Below are positions 18,446 to 26,361 of a stretch of 64,000 nucleotides of DNA, piece after piece (position 1 is the first letter of the stretch; every line of letters begins with the position of its first letter). The stretch covers positions 24,021 to 88,020 of the forward strand of contig CAYSUK010000003.1 of NCBI GenBank assembly GCA_964434265.1. Direction: 5' to 3'. This DNA is from an uncultured Christensenella sp. (lineage in GTDB: Bacteria; Bacillota; Clostridia; Christensenellales; UBA1242). The notes under the pieces are model-generated. The model had not been told where the DNA came from, ran no database searches, and saw only the letters and a list, made by a program, of their open reading frames with translations. The position numbers and the translations under genes are program-made.

Positions 18446-19339
18446 TTATTCGACTGTGCGTTCTACTTCGCTAGGATAAGCAAGTGCGACTGCACCCGGA
18501 CCCACGTGAGCGCCAATAATCGGTCCCATGATACGGATTTCTGGTGTCCAGCCGTATTCGTCGGTTATCATTTTTTGAAGTACTTTGGCTTCGTTTTCTG
18601 CATTTGTATGAACAATAATAGGATAGAAAAATTCTTTACTAGGTGGGAAATTATTAATTCCGTCTACTATAGAGCGGAAGGCTTTCTTTTGTCCCATTTC
18701 CTTTCTCACAATTTCCAATTTGCCACCTTTTGTAAATTCGATAATTGGCTTTATAGAAAGCATACTACCTATTGCCGCAGAAACACCACTTATCCTGCCA
18801 CCACGTTTGAGATACATAAGGTCGCTCACAACGATAAAGTGTTGGATTTTGTTTTTGAGTGCATTGAGTTTTTCGACCGCTTGGTCTCTGTCCACTCCTT
18901 CGTCACGAAGTTTGCATGCGTATCGCACAAGCATTTGCTCGCCGACAGTAGTTGTGTTGCTATTTACAGCGACATAATCGATGTCTGGGTATTTTTCCTT
19001 AACTTCAGCGATGGCTCTATTTGCATTGTCGATAGTAGGGCTTAGTCCAGCACTTTGAGTAACATGCAAAAGTTTTTTAACACCTTTTTTAGCCATATCT
19101 TCAAAAAGGTCGATATGTGCTTGGAGATTTAGAATTGTTGTTTTTGCAACAGCTCCTTTTTTGAGATGTTCGTAGTAGTCGACATACTCTTCGTATGACT
19201 TAAAGTCATCAAGGTGTTCCGTAAGGCTTTCTCCTTCTTCAAGGGTATATGAAAGTTTGCCGCGTGCGACACCAAGCGTCTCGTATTCCTTTTCATATAA
19301 ATCACAGTTTGAGTCAGTAGTTATTTGCCACTTTTCCAT
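18446..19339 (-). CDS. DegV family fatty-acid-binding protein
   Basis: 297 aa. ITTDSNCDL at the N-terminus and LKRGGRISGVSAAIGSMLSIKPII are typical DegV motifs. Confidence 0.9.
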   Translation of the reverse strand: MEKWQITTDSNCDLYEKEYETLGVARGKLSYTLEEGESLTEHLDDFKSYEEYVDYYEHLKKGAVAKTTILNLQAHIDLFEDMAKKGVKKLLHVTQSAGLSPTIDNANRAIAEVKEKYPDIDYVAVNSNTTTVGEQMLVRYACKLRDEGVDRDQAVEKLNALKNKIQHFIVVSDLMYLKRGGRISGVSAAIGSMLSIKPIIEFTKGGKLEIVRKEMGQKKAFRSIVDGINNFPPSKEFFYPIIVHTNAENEAKVLQKMITDEYGWTPEIRIMGPIIGAHVGPGAVALAYPSEVERTVE

Positions 19340-19342
19340 ATA

Positions 19343-20599
19343 TTACTCCTTTATTTTCTTTGGTTTTTTAATTTGAATTTTGGGTTCACTTCGCACAATT
19401 TCGTTGTATTGAAGATAATCCACCAACCATTTTCGGGTTTTTTCTTCGTTGTGTGGGATTAGCCACGACGAAACGAAAAATGCAAGCGCCATAGAGACAA
19501 ACGAAGGTATCATTGTTCCAAAACAACCGACGCCTACCGCAACTATGACCGAGCAATTGCTTGTAATTTCACGGACAAACAGTGCCGTATTTGATATGCC
19601 AAGTATGCGGGACTTGGTGATGAGACGTTGGAACATAAACAAACATATCGAAGAGTATGCAAAACCGATAATGCCAAACACAACATATCCGACCCATACT
19701 GGGATATCGAATATGATTGGGATTAGAGCCACACCACAAACAATACAAGACACTACGACAATTGGCATAAGGTCTTTTTTCTCATTGAGTTTGCCAAAGA
19801 AAAAACTACCGAGCCCAAATGCACCATTGTAGATGGCACTAAATATGCCAGCTATCGCATACGAACCGTTTTTTACAAACAAGTGGATATTGTAGCATGT
19901 TGTGAGTCCATCAACAAAACAATACACAAAATATGTAAGGCCATACATTACAAGTATTTTGAGCGCAAGGCTTTTGCCGATAGATTTGCGATTTTCGTCC
20001 GACTTAAATGCGAGTTCGGCATTTGAAACAGCATCATGATTAAATGTTTTGTCGTTTTTGCTTTTGTAATAGTAAATTACAAGCGGAATGCACGAAATAA
20101 TATATATGCAAACCGAAATAACCACAACTATACGTTTGTCAATATCAAGCAAGAATCCACCAACAAGTGTAGCGATTAGTATCCCCGCTTGTTCGACCAG
20201 TCTTGTAAAACCAAGGCCAGTACTCTCTTCTTTTGCTTCGTTTGACGAATAGTTTAGAATAATTTCAAGTGGCACACGTTTGCAACAATCACTAATTCCG
20301 TAAAAGAATATTGTGCCGATGACACCCACCCAAAGATTTGTGTCGATTATGAATATAAATATCGAATAAAGTATGAGCGGAATGACACGAATAAGCAAAA
20401 CAAGTTGGGGCTTACTACACATTGGCTTGTGAAGCAACAATGTAGTCACTGAGCGAATAATGTATTGGATTGCAAAGGACACTCCAGCCAGTATCATAGA
20501 CCCTGTAGCTTCAAAGATAATGAGTGGGACAAAAGCACTAACCAGATTTGTCGCAATATTTGCAAGTAATTTGTGAAAATTTAAAAGTTTTAACTGCAC
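19343..20599 (-). CDS. MFS transporter
   Basis: 418 aa, about 12 TM helices in a 6+6 layout. GTG start with RBS GGAGGG. A 3-nt gap separates it from degV. Confidence 0.75.
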   Translation of the reverse strand: MQLKLLNFHKLLANIATNLVSAFVPLIIFEATGSMILAGVSFAIQYIIRSVTTLLLHKPMCSKPQLVLLIRVIPLILYSIFIFIIDTNLWVGVIGTIFFYGISDCCKRVPLEIILNYSSNEAKEESTGLGFTRLVEQAGILIATLVGGFLLDIDKRIVVVISVCIYIISCIPLVIYYYKSKNDKTFNHDAVSNAELAFKSDENRKSIGKSLALKILVMYGLTYFVYCFVDGLTTCYNIHLFVKNGSYAIAGIFSAIYNGAFGLGSFFFGKLNEKKDLMPIVVVSCIVCGVALIPIIFDIPVWVGYVVFGIIGFAYSSICLFMFQRLITKSRILGISNTALFVREITSNCSVIVAVGVGCFGTMIPSFVSMALAFFVSSWLIPHNEEKTRKWLVDYLQYNEIVRSEPKIQIKKPKKIKE

Positions 20600-20681
20600 A
20601 ATGTCCCTCCATATTTTTATATATGATTATACATAAAATAAAAAATAAGACAAAAGGATTTTTGTGTTTTTTGAAAAATGA

Positions 20682-20716
20682 ACAAAAAAAAGAGAGGCGG
20701 GAAAGAGCCTCTCTCT
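20682..20716 (-). terminator. intrinsic terminator upstream of the MFS gene
   Basis: Stem AGAGAGGC/GCCTCTCT with an 8-nt loop and a 9-nt T-run on the minus strand. Confidence 0.7.
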
Positions 20717-20789
20717 ACCTGATATATGTGTATGTATAAAAGGTAGAATGAAAAATGGAAAAACATTTTATTATCTAAAATGCACTATT

Positions 20790-20818
20790 ATGTTAGCACC
20801 AAAATAGTTATTTGTCAA
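20790..20818 (-). promoter_or_regulatory. promoter-like element between a stop codon and a terminator
   Basis: TTGACA (20813-20818), 17 nt, TAACAT (20790-20795), preceded by TG. Carries the shared TTTAGGTATTGACAAA 16-mer. Confidence 0.45.
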
Positions 20819-20848
20819 TACCTAAATCGTAAAAATTTTGTCGAAAAA

Positions 20849-21850
20849 TTAAATATTTTTTAATAACTTTTTAATAACCCCCATATCATTGATAGAAACC
20901 TTTATTCCACGTGCCATAACGACGACAATACATTTGTCGATGTTTGTATTTTTTTGCATTGTTTTTGTATCAGCATTTGGTGTCAAATTTTGGTCAGATG
21001 TTAGCGTGTTTTGTTTTTCCAAAAAACCTTTTAATTTGAGTATTATTTTCGACTTATCCCAATACTCTATTTGACTTTCTATCTTTTTGTCACCACTTCG
21101 AATTATGACCTTAGGATTATATATTCCATCACCATATATGGTTAGTGTGTTTTTATACTTTGGCACAAGCCCATAAATTATGAGTTCTTGCGACGGAATA
21201 TATGATTTTTCTTTCTTTGTGATTTGACACTGATTTATTATTTTCACTTCCGAATGGTCTAAGATGTTTTCTCTCACAATGGCATTTTCACAAATTTCAC
21301 ACCCTTCTCCTATATTACAAAATGCCACTTTTACATTTTTATTCAAAATACAGTTTTTGTCAATATCATATGGCTTTTTGTCAATATCACACATATAATT
21401 GTCGTATTCTAGTATACTATATATATTTTCATCATAGTTTTTATCACCTATACAAACACCTGAAAAAATAGTTGTTTTTGACTTAATATGGTAGTCGCCA
21501 TAAATAAATATATGTGTCCCGTCAAGTATCACATCATCTTCTATTATTGCAAATGGAGAGATGTATATTGATGTTATTTTTTCAATAAATGCCATATATT
21601 CTCTCAAAGAATATGTATTTAATGGCAATAATTGTTGGGTTGTTATATATCTCAACAATCGATGATAATACAGTGCAATTTTACTAAAAATATTTACACT
21701 TTTATCTAAGAAATTTGTGTCGATATTATCCACCCATTTTGTGTCAAGTATTCCAAAATGATGACGTATTATACTTTTAGCGACATCAGGCAAAAGATAA
21801 TCATTGTATTCAATAGTATTTGTGATATAATCTACATTTTTATTTTCCAT
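20849..21850 (-). CDS. hypothetical protein with degenerate left-handed beta-helix (serine acetyltransferase-like) core and extra C-terminal domain
   Basis: 333 aa, very AT-rich. ISPFAIIEDDVILDGTHIFIYGDYHIKSKTTIFSGVCIG echoes the IHPGAxIGxGxxIDHGxGVVIGE...GVTLG pattern of hexapeptide acetyltransferases. No SD. Confidence 0.4.
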   Translation of the reverse strand: MENKNVDYITNTIEYNDYLLPDVAKSIIRHHFGILDTKWVDNIDTNFLDKSVNIFSKIALYYHRLLRYITTQQLLPLNTYSLREYMAFIEKITSIYISPFAIIEDDVILDGTHIFIYGDYHIKSKTTIFSGVCIGDKNYDENIYSILEYDNYMCDIDKKPYDIDKNCILNKNVKVAFCNIGEGCEICENAIVRENILDHSEVKIINQCQITKKEKSYIPSQELIIYGLVPKYKNTLTIYGDGIYNPKVIIRSGDKKIESQIEYWDKSKIILKLKGFLEKQNTLTSDQNLTPNADTKTMQKNTNIDKCIVVVMARGIKVSINDMGVIKKLLKNI

Positions 21851-21883
21851 ACTTTTTATGTATGATTTTGTATTGAAAAAAGT

Positions 21884-21909
21884 GCAAAAAAAGGAGCGAG
21901 TGCTCCTTT
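21884..21909 (-). terminator. terminator after pheT
   Basis: Stem AAGGAGC/GCTCCTT with a 4-nt loop, then a T-run. Confidence 0.7.
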
Positions 21910-21911
21910 AA

Positions 21912-24257
21912 TTACAATTTTAAATTTATATTGTTTTCCCCAAAGACTTTGATTACATTTTTGTGGAATGCTTCGATTTCGTCATTTACAAGAGTGCGAT
22001 CATATGAGAAAAGTTCGTATCTAATCGTATAACTCTTAGTGTTTTCCATTTCGTACACATCTACAAGTGACACCTTGTATTCAAAATCAGCTTTAATACT
22101 ATTTGCAATCTTTTCTATCTCGGCATAGTTTTTGTCTTTTGGTAGTTCCCAATTGAAGTCAAGTTCTGACTTAGGATATTTGGAAACTTGTTCGAAGTGT
22201 GTTCCGACTTCGTGGCAATCCATAATCGCGTCCCAGTCAAGTTCGACAAGTGTAATGTCGGCCTTTTTATCAATCTTGTTTGCTGGGTGTAGTGATGCAA
22301 TAAGTCCTAGGGCCTTCCCTTCAACAACCACATCATAATAGTTGGCTGGTGAAAGATACTCATATTTTGGCTTAGAAGGCACGTATTTGGCGTTTACCTT
22401 GATTACATAGTTTAGGATATAATCAACACACTCTTTGGCTTCCAAAAGCCCGTTTTTGCCGTCTTTATTGTATAATGCAATTCCAAGACTCTTATGTTCG
22501 ACAACAAGGTTTTGTTTGTCAATCTCTGTCGCAATTCTGCCTATTTCAAATACGCCGAATTTATTATTTTGGGTTTTGTTGTCAGCCACAACCTTCAACA
22601 TGCTTGGAAGCATGCTATTTCTTATTTGGTCGTTTTCTTTGTTTATGGCATTTACGATACGCACAACACTTTCTGGGTGGATATTGTATTTTGCGTTACT
22701 CTCGCTATCGTACCACACATAACTATGTACTTCGTGCATATTGTATCTGGTCGCCAATGCATATTTTACATCGTATTCGAGCGAGATTTGTTTGTCAAGC
22801 GGTCTTGGTGATATCTCTTGGAAGGTAGGCTTTGGAGTGATATTGTCATAACCATATATGCGTGTAATTTCTTCGACAATATCTTGTTTGCCATTTATAT
22901 CCTTTGTGTTTCTAAATGTCGGAACACCAATAGTCAAAGTCCCGTTGTTTTCCTTAACATCAAATTGTAGACTAGTCAATATGCTTTGTATCTTTTCCAT
23001 AGGAATGTCAATGCCAACAAAATTGTCGATATAGTCTTTTGTAATTGTGACCGTACGTGGTGCATAGTGGAAGTTGTAAACATCAGTAATGGCACTATTT
23101 ACCTTTGCGCCATCGTCGTATTTTTTAGCGATGTAGACAAATCTACATAGTGCAGTCATAGTAAGTTCGGGGTCAAGCATTTTTTCGTATCTTGCACTTG
23201 CTTCGGTACGAAGTCCAAGCGACAAGGCTGTTTTTCTAACCTTCGCCCCGTCAAAGCATGCACTCTCAATAAGCACATTTGTAGTGTCTGGGTTTATCTC
23301 GCTATCAAGCCCACCCATTACACCTGCTACAGCAACTGTTTTTTCGCCATCTGTAATGACCATAGTGTCTTTTGCAAGCAAACGTTCTTCTTTGTCGAGA
23401 GTGACAAATTTTTCGCCTGCATTTAAGTTTTGCACTCCGACACTTTTTACAATGTCATTATCAAAACTATGCATAGGTTGGCCGACTTCAAGCATGATAT
23501 AGTTTGTGATATCAGCAATAAAATTGATTGGACGCATGCCAGCATAGTATAGTCGAATTTGCATCTCAAGTGGCGATACTCTACGTGTGATGTTTTGCAT
23601 TGTTGCGCTTGTATAACGATAACAATTTGGGCTTTGTACATCGACTTTTACTTTTTCACTGCCCCACTCGCCAGTATACAAATTAAGTGGTTTTAGCGGT
23701 CTACCAGTAAGTGCGGATATCTCACGAGCAATTCCGTAATGTCCCCACATGTCAGGGCGATTTGTGAGCGATTTATTGTCGACTTCAAACACAACGTCTT
23801 CGACAGGCAAAACCTTTTTCAAATCAACACCAATTTCTGTATCGTCTGGAAGTATAAGGAGTCCCGAATTGTCGTCAGTGATGCCAAGTTCTTTTGCACT
23901 ACAACACATGCCATAACTTTGATAACCACCAACAGTCGCTGGGTGGATTGTAATATCACCCACACGAGCACCATCAACAGCAACTGGCACAACTGCACCG
24001 ACAAAAACATTTGGCGCACCGCACACAATATCAAGCACTTTGCTCTTTACATCAACTTTGAGTAGATGCAATTTTTTGCTATTTGGGTGGTTTTCGATAG
24101 ACAAGATTTTTCCAGTAACTACGCCTTCAAAACCATTTCCCTTTTTCTCGTAGCCTTCAATTTCGGCACATGACAAGGTAAATTTGTCGAGTAATGTATC
24201 AATATCTATGCCTGTAAGGTCTACATAATCATTTATCCAATTTAGTGAAATATACAT
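21912..24257 (-). CDS. pheT: phenylalanine--tRNA ligase beta subunit
   Basis: 781 aa. Starts MYISLNWINDYVDLTGIDIDTLLDKFTLSCAEIEG. Contains tRNA-binding, B3/4, B5 and FDX-ACB-like regions. Lies directly downstream of pheS. Confidence 0.95.
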   Translation of the reverse strand: MYISLNWINDYVDLTGIDIDTLLDKFTLSCAEIEGYEKKGNGFEGVVTGKILSIENHPNSKKLHLLKVDVKSKVLDIVCGAPNVFVGAVVPVAVDGARVGDITIHPATVGGYQSYGMCCSAKELGITDDNSGLLILPDDTEIGVDLKKVLPVEDVVFEVDNKSLTNRPDMWGHYGIAREISALTGRPLKPLNLYTGEWGSEKVKVDVQSPNCYRYTSATMQNITRRVSPLEMQIRLYYAGMRPINFIADITNYIMLEVGQPMHSFDNDIVKSVGVQNLNAGEKFVTLDKEERLLAKDTMVITDGEKTVAVAGVMGGLDSEINPDTTNVLIESACFDGAKVRKTALSLGLRTEASARYEKMLDPELTMTALCRFVYIAKKYDDGAKVNSAITDVYNFHYAPRTVTITKDYIDNFVGIDIPMEKIQSILTSLQFDVKENNGTLTIGVPTFRNTKDINGKQDIVEEITRIYGYDNITPKPTFQEISPRPLDKQISLEYDVKYALATRYNMHEVHSYVWYDSESNAKYNIHPESVVRIVNAINKENDQIRNSMLPSMLKVVADNKTQNNKFGVFEIGRIATEIDKQNLVVEHKSLGIALYNKDGKNGLLEAKECVDYILNYVIKVNAKYVPSKPKYEYLSPANYYDVVVEGKALGLIASLHPANKIDKKADITLVELDWDAIMDCHEVGTHFEQVSKYPKSELDFNWELPKDKNYAEIEKIANSIKADFEYKVSLVDVYEMENTKSYTIRYELFSYDRTLVNDEIEAFHKNVIKVFGENNINLKL

Positions 24258-24267
24258 ATATTTTCTC

Positions 24268-25296
24268 CTACTTCAATTTTGCTTGCGACAATTTGTCAAG
24301 TTTGCCCGAATTCATGATGCGAATATCATTGATATCAAAGGTCATCATTGCAAGACGTGTAAAGCCCATGCCAAATGCGAAGCCTTGATACTCTTCTGGA
24401 TCAATTCCGCCCATACGTAGTACTTCTGGGTGTATCATGCCACAAGGGCAAAGTTCGATCCAACCGCCTTGTTTGCAAGTTCGACAGCCCTTTCCATCAC
24501 AGAACGGACAACTACAGTCAAGTTCGAATCCCGGTTCGACAAATGGGAAGAAACCCGGACGAAGTCTAACTTTCATTTCTTTTCCAAATACTTGAGATAA
24601 TGTCGTCTTCATAAAGTAAATAAGATTGCTGATAGTGATGTTTTTATCAATAACCATACCTTCAAGTTGGAAGAAAGTATTGTCATGAGACGCATCAAGT
24701 TCTTCGTTTCTAAAACATCTACCTGGGAAAATTACTCTAAGTGGCGCGCCGTACTTTTTCATAATACGGTTTTGACCAGCTGATGTTTGTGTTTTAAGAA
24801 CTTCACCGTTTGAAAGATAGAAAGTATCTTGCATATCACGTGCAGGGTGATTTTTAGGCACATTTACCGCTTCAAAATTATTGTACTCAGTCTCAATTTC
24901 ATTGCCGTCTTCTACCGCAAATCCCATGCTCGTAAATATGTCAATTACCTTTTTTTGCACAATTGTGATAGGGTGCAAACTTCCAATTTTCTCGCTAGAC
25001 GGACGTGTCAAATCGACATGCTCGGTCATATACAAAGCCTTTTCAATTTCTTTTTTCTCTAGGACTTCTTTTATATCATCGAGTTTTGCTTCTATCTCTT
25101 TTTTTACACCATTTACTTCTTCGCCATATGCACGTTTTTGGTCATTTGGGATATCTTTTATCTTTTTAAGTGCATCGGTCACAATTCCGCTCTTGCCAAG
25201 ATATTTGACCCTAATATCATTTAGAGCCTTATCGTCCTCAATAGTTTCGCACTCCTTTGCAAATGCTAGTAAAATGTTTTGTAAATCTTTGTTCAT
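24268..25296 (-). CDS. pheS: phenylalanine--tRNA ligase alpha subunit
   Basis: Class II motifs HPARDMQDTFY, FRNEELDASH and GFAFGMGFTRLAM. ATG 25296 has RBS AGGAGG. The longer track ORF (to 25356) would run through the T-box terminator. Confidence 0.95.
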   Translation of the reverse strand: MNKDLQNILLAFAKECETIEDDKALNDIRVKYLGKSGIVTDALKKIKDIPNDQKRAYGEEVNGVKKEIEAKLDDIKEVLEKKEIEKALYMTEHVDLTRPSSEKIGSLHPITIVQKKVIDIFTSMGFAVEDGNEIETEYNNFEAVNVPKNHPARDMQDTFYLSNGEVLKTQTSAGQNRIMKKYGAPLRVIFPGRCFRNEELDASHDNTFFQLEGMVIDKNITISNLIYFMKTTLSQVFGKEMKVRLRPGFFPFVEPGFELDCSCPFCDGKGCRTCKQGGWIELCPCGMIHPEVLRMGGIDPEEYQGFAFGMGFTRLAMMTFDINDIRIMNSGKLDKLSQAKLK

Positions 25297-25299
25297 ATA

Positions 25300-25530
25300 T
25301 CCTCCTAATAAAAAAGTCCCCGCATTTAGCAAGGGACGAATAAATCGTGGTACCACCCTAATTTGGACTCATTAAGACTGTTACGGAGTCGCCGTCCCTA
25401 CTTTTCATAGGGCAACTCGGGTGCCGAAATTCGACAATCAAACTTTACCTATCTTCTTTTCAGCACCGAAGACTCTCTGTAAGGGAATTTGACCGCTACT
25501 AAATCACCGTCATAGTTTTTCAATACTGAG
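25300..25530 (-). promoter_or_regulatory. T-box leader (Phe specifier) controlling pheST
   Basis: The minus strand shows the AGAGAG box followed by GGTGCTGAAAAG. The specifier region is GAATTTCGG (UUC followed by a purine). The T-box sequence AAATTAGGGTGGTACCACG lies at 25346-25368. The terminator GTCCCCGCATTTAGCAAGGGAC (plus strand, 25317-25338) has a T-run on the minus strand just before the RBS. Confidence 0.85.
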
Positions 25531-25533
25531 TAA

Positions 25534-25562
25534 AGTATAACAACTAATTTAGCTCATGTCAA
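25534..25562 (-). promoter_or_regulatory. sigma-A type promoter of the pheST T-box leader
   Basis: TTGACA (25557-25562), 17-nt spacer, TATACT (25534-25539). Confidence 0.7.
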
Positions 25563-25655
25563 CCACTTGACCACAAATTTAAAATCTTTAACCTTGCACA
25601 AATAATGCTTATAGCTAATAAAATAAAGTAGGCACATATGCCTAGGGAGGAAGAT

Positions 25656-25787
25656 ATGTGTTGTAGAAATAATTGTTATACGTGTTGTGGAAGTAGATAC
25701 ACTTGTTGTGCTTGCCTAAATGCTTTTAATCGCTGTGGCAGGCTCGCAAGTTTTAATTACTTTTCGTACACAACATCGACAAGATAA
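25656..25787 (+). CDS. unannotated 43-aa cysteine-rich small protein
   Basis: RBS GGGAGGAAG sits 5 nt before the ATG. Product MCCRNNCYTCCGSRYTCCACLNAFNRCGRLASFNYFSYTTSTR has 9 Cys in the first 27 residues. TAA is followed at once by the hairpin at 25791-25813. Below the 60-aa cut-off of the track. Confidence 0.5.
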   Translation: MCCRNNCYTCCGSRYTCCACLNAFNRCGRLASFNYFSYTTSTR

Positions 25788-25818
25788 AAAGAGAACACCC
25801 GTGCGGTGTTCTCTTTTA
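25786..25818. terminator. bidirectional terminator shared by the Cys-rich small ORF and nrdG
   Basis: 9-bp stem GAGAACACC/GGTGTTCTC with a 5-nt loop, flanked by an A-run and a T-run. Confidence 0.75.
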
Positions 25819-26361
25819 CTAACATAATTGTCCAGCAATAGTATCTAGATTGTTCCACTTTTCACTCAAATCAAGTATTGTTTTACCTGACAAAAGCGAT
25901 TTGTGAAGGTCAATGATGCGTTGGTTGCTGCTACCACAAAACTTCAAGCGATAGTCACGTTTGGCTTGTTCAAATCTGCCATCTACAAGCGTGTCGGCAA
26001 TTGCCAAAAGTTGTTTTTGAGCAAATGTTCCATGCTCCATAATGTATTCGTATTTAAAACCTGTGTATATTGCAAGGTCAAGTCCCATGTCTTTGACTTT
26101 TTGAGCAAAATCAAGAAGTTGTTCGGCTTGACAAAGTGGTTCGCCACCAGAAAGAGTAACCCCGCTAAGCAATGGGTTTTCACTTATCTCTTTTAGTAGC
26201 TCTTCTGTTGTGCCATCTGCGCCGCCGCCAAAATCCCATGTTTGGGGATTGTGACAGCCTTCACAATGATGCGGACAACCTTGGACAAAAACAGTATATC
26301 TTAGTCCTGGCCCGTCTGTTATTGAGTCGTTTACACTTCCTGCAAGTCTTATGTTACACAT
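25819..26361 (-). CDS. nrdG: anaerobic ribonucleoside-triphosphate reductase activating protein (radical SAM)
   Basis: 180 aa with the cluster motif CPHHCEGCHNP. Overlaps the nrdD stop by 8 nt (ATGTGTAA). Confidence 0.9.
   Translation of the reverse strand: MCNIRLAGSVNDSITDGPGLRYTVFVQGCPHHCEGCHNPQTWDFGGGADGTTEELLKEISENPLLSGVTLSGGEPLCQAEQLLDFAQKVKDMGLDLAIYTGFKYEYIMEHGTFAQKQLLAIADTLVDGRFEQAKRDYRLKFCGSSNQRIIDLHKSLLSGKTILDLSEKWNNLDTIAGQLC

Noticed and set aside
25297-25356. N-terminal extensions of track ORFs, for example pheS from 25356. The same applies to nrdD from 28732, cysK from 50775, and the ATPases from 49382 and 53483.
   Set aside because: Internal ATGs have proper SD sequences and give canonical N-termini. 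The extensions would overlap leaders, operators or upstream genes.
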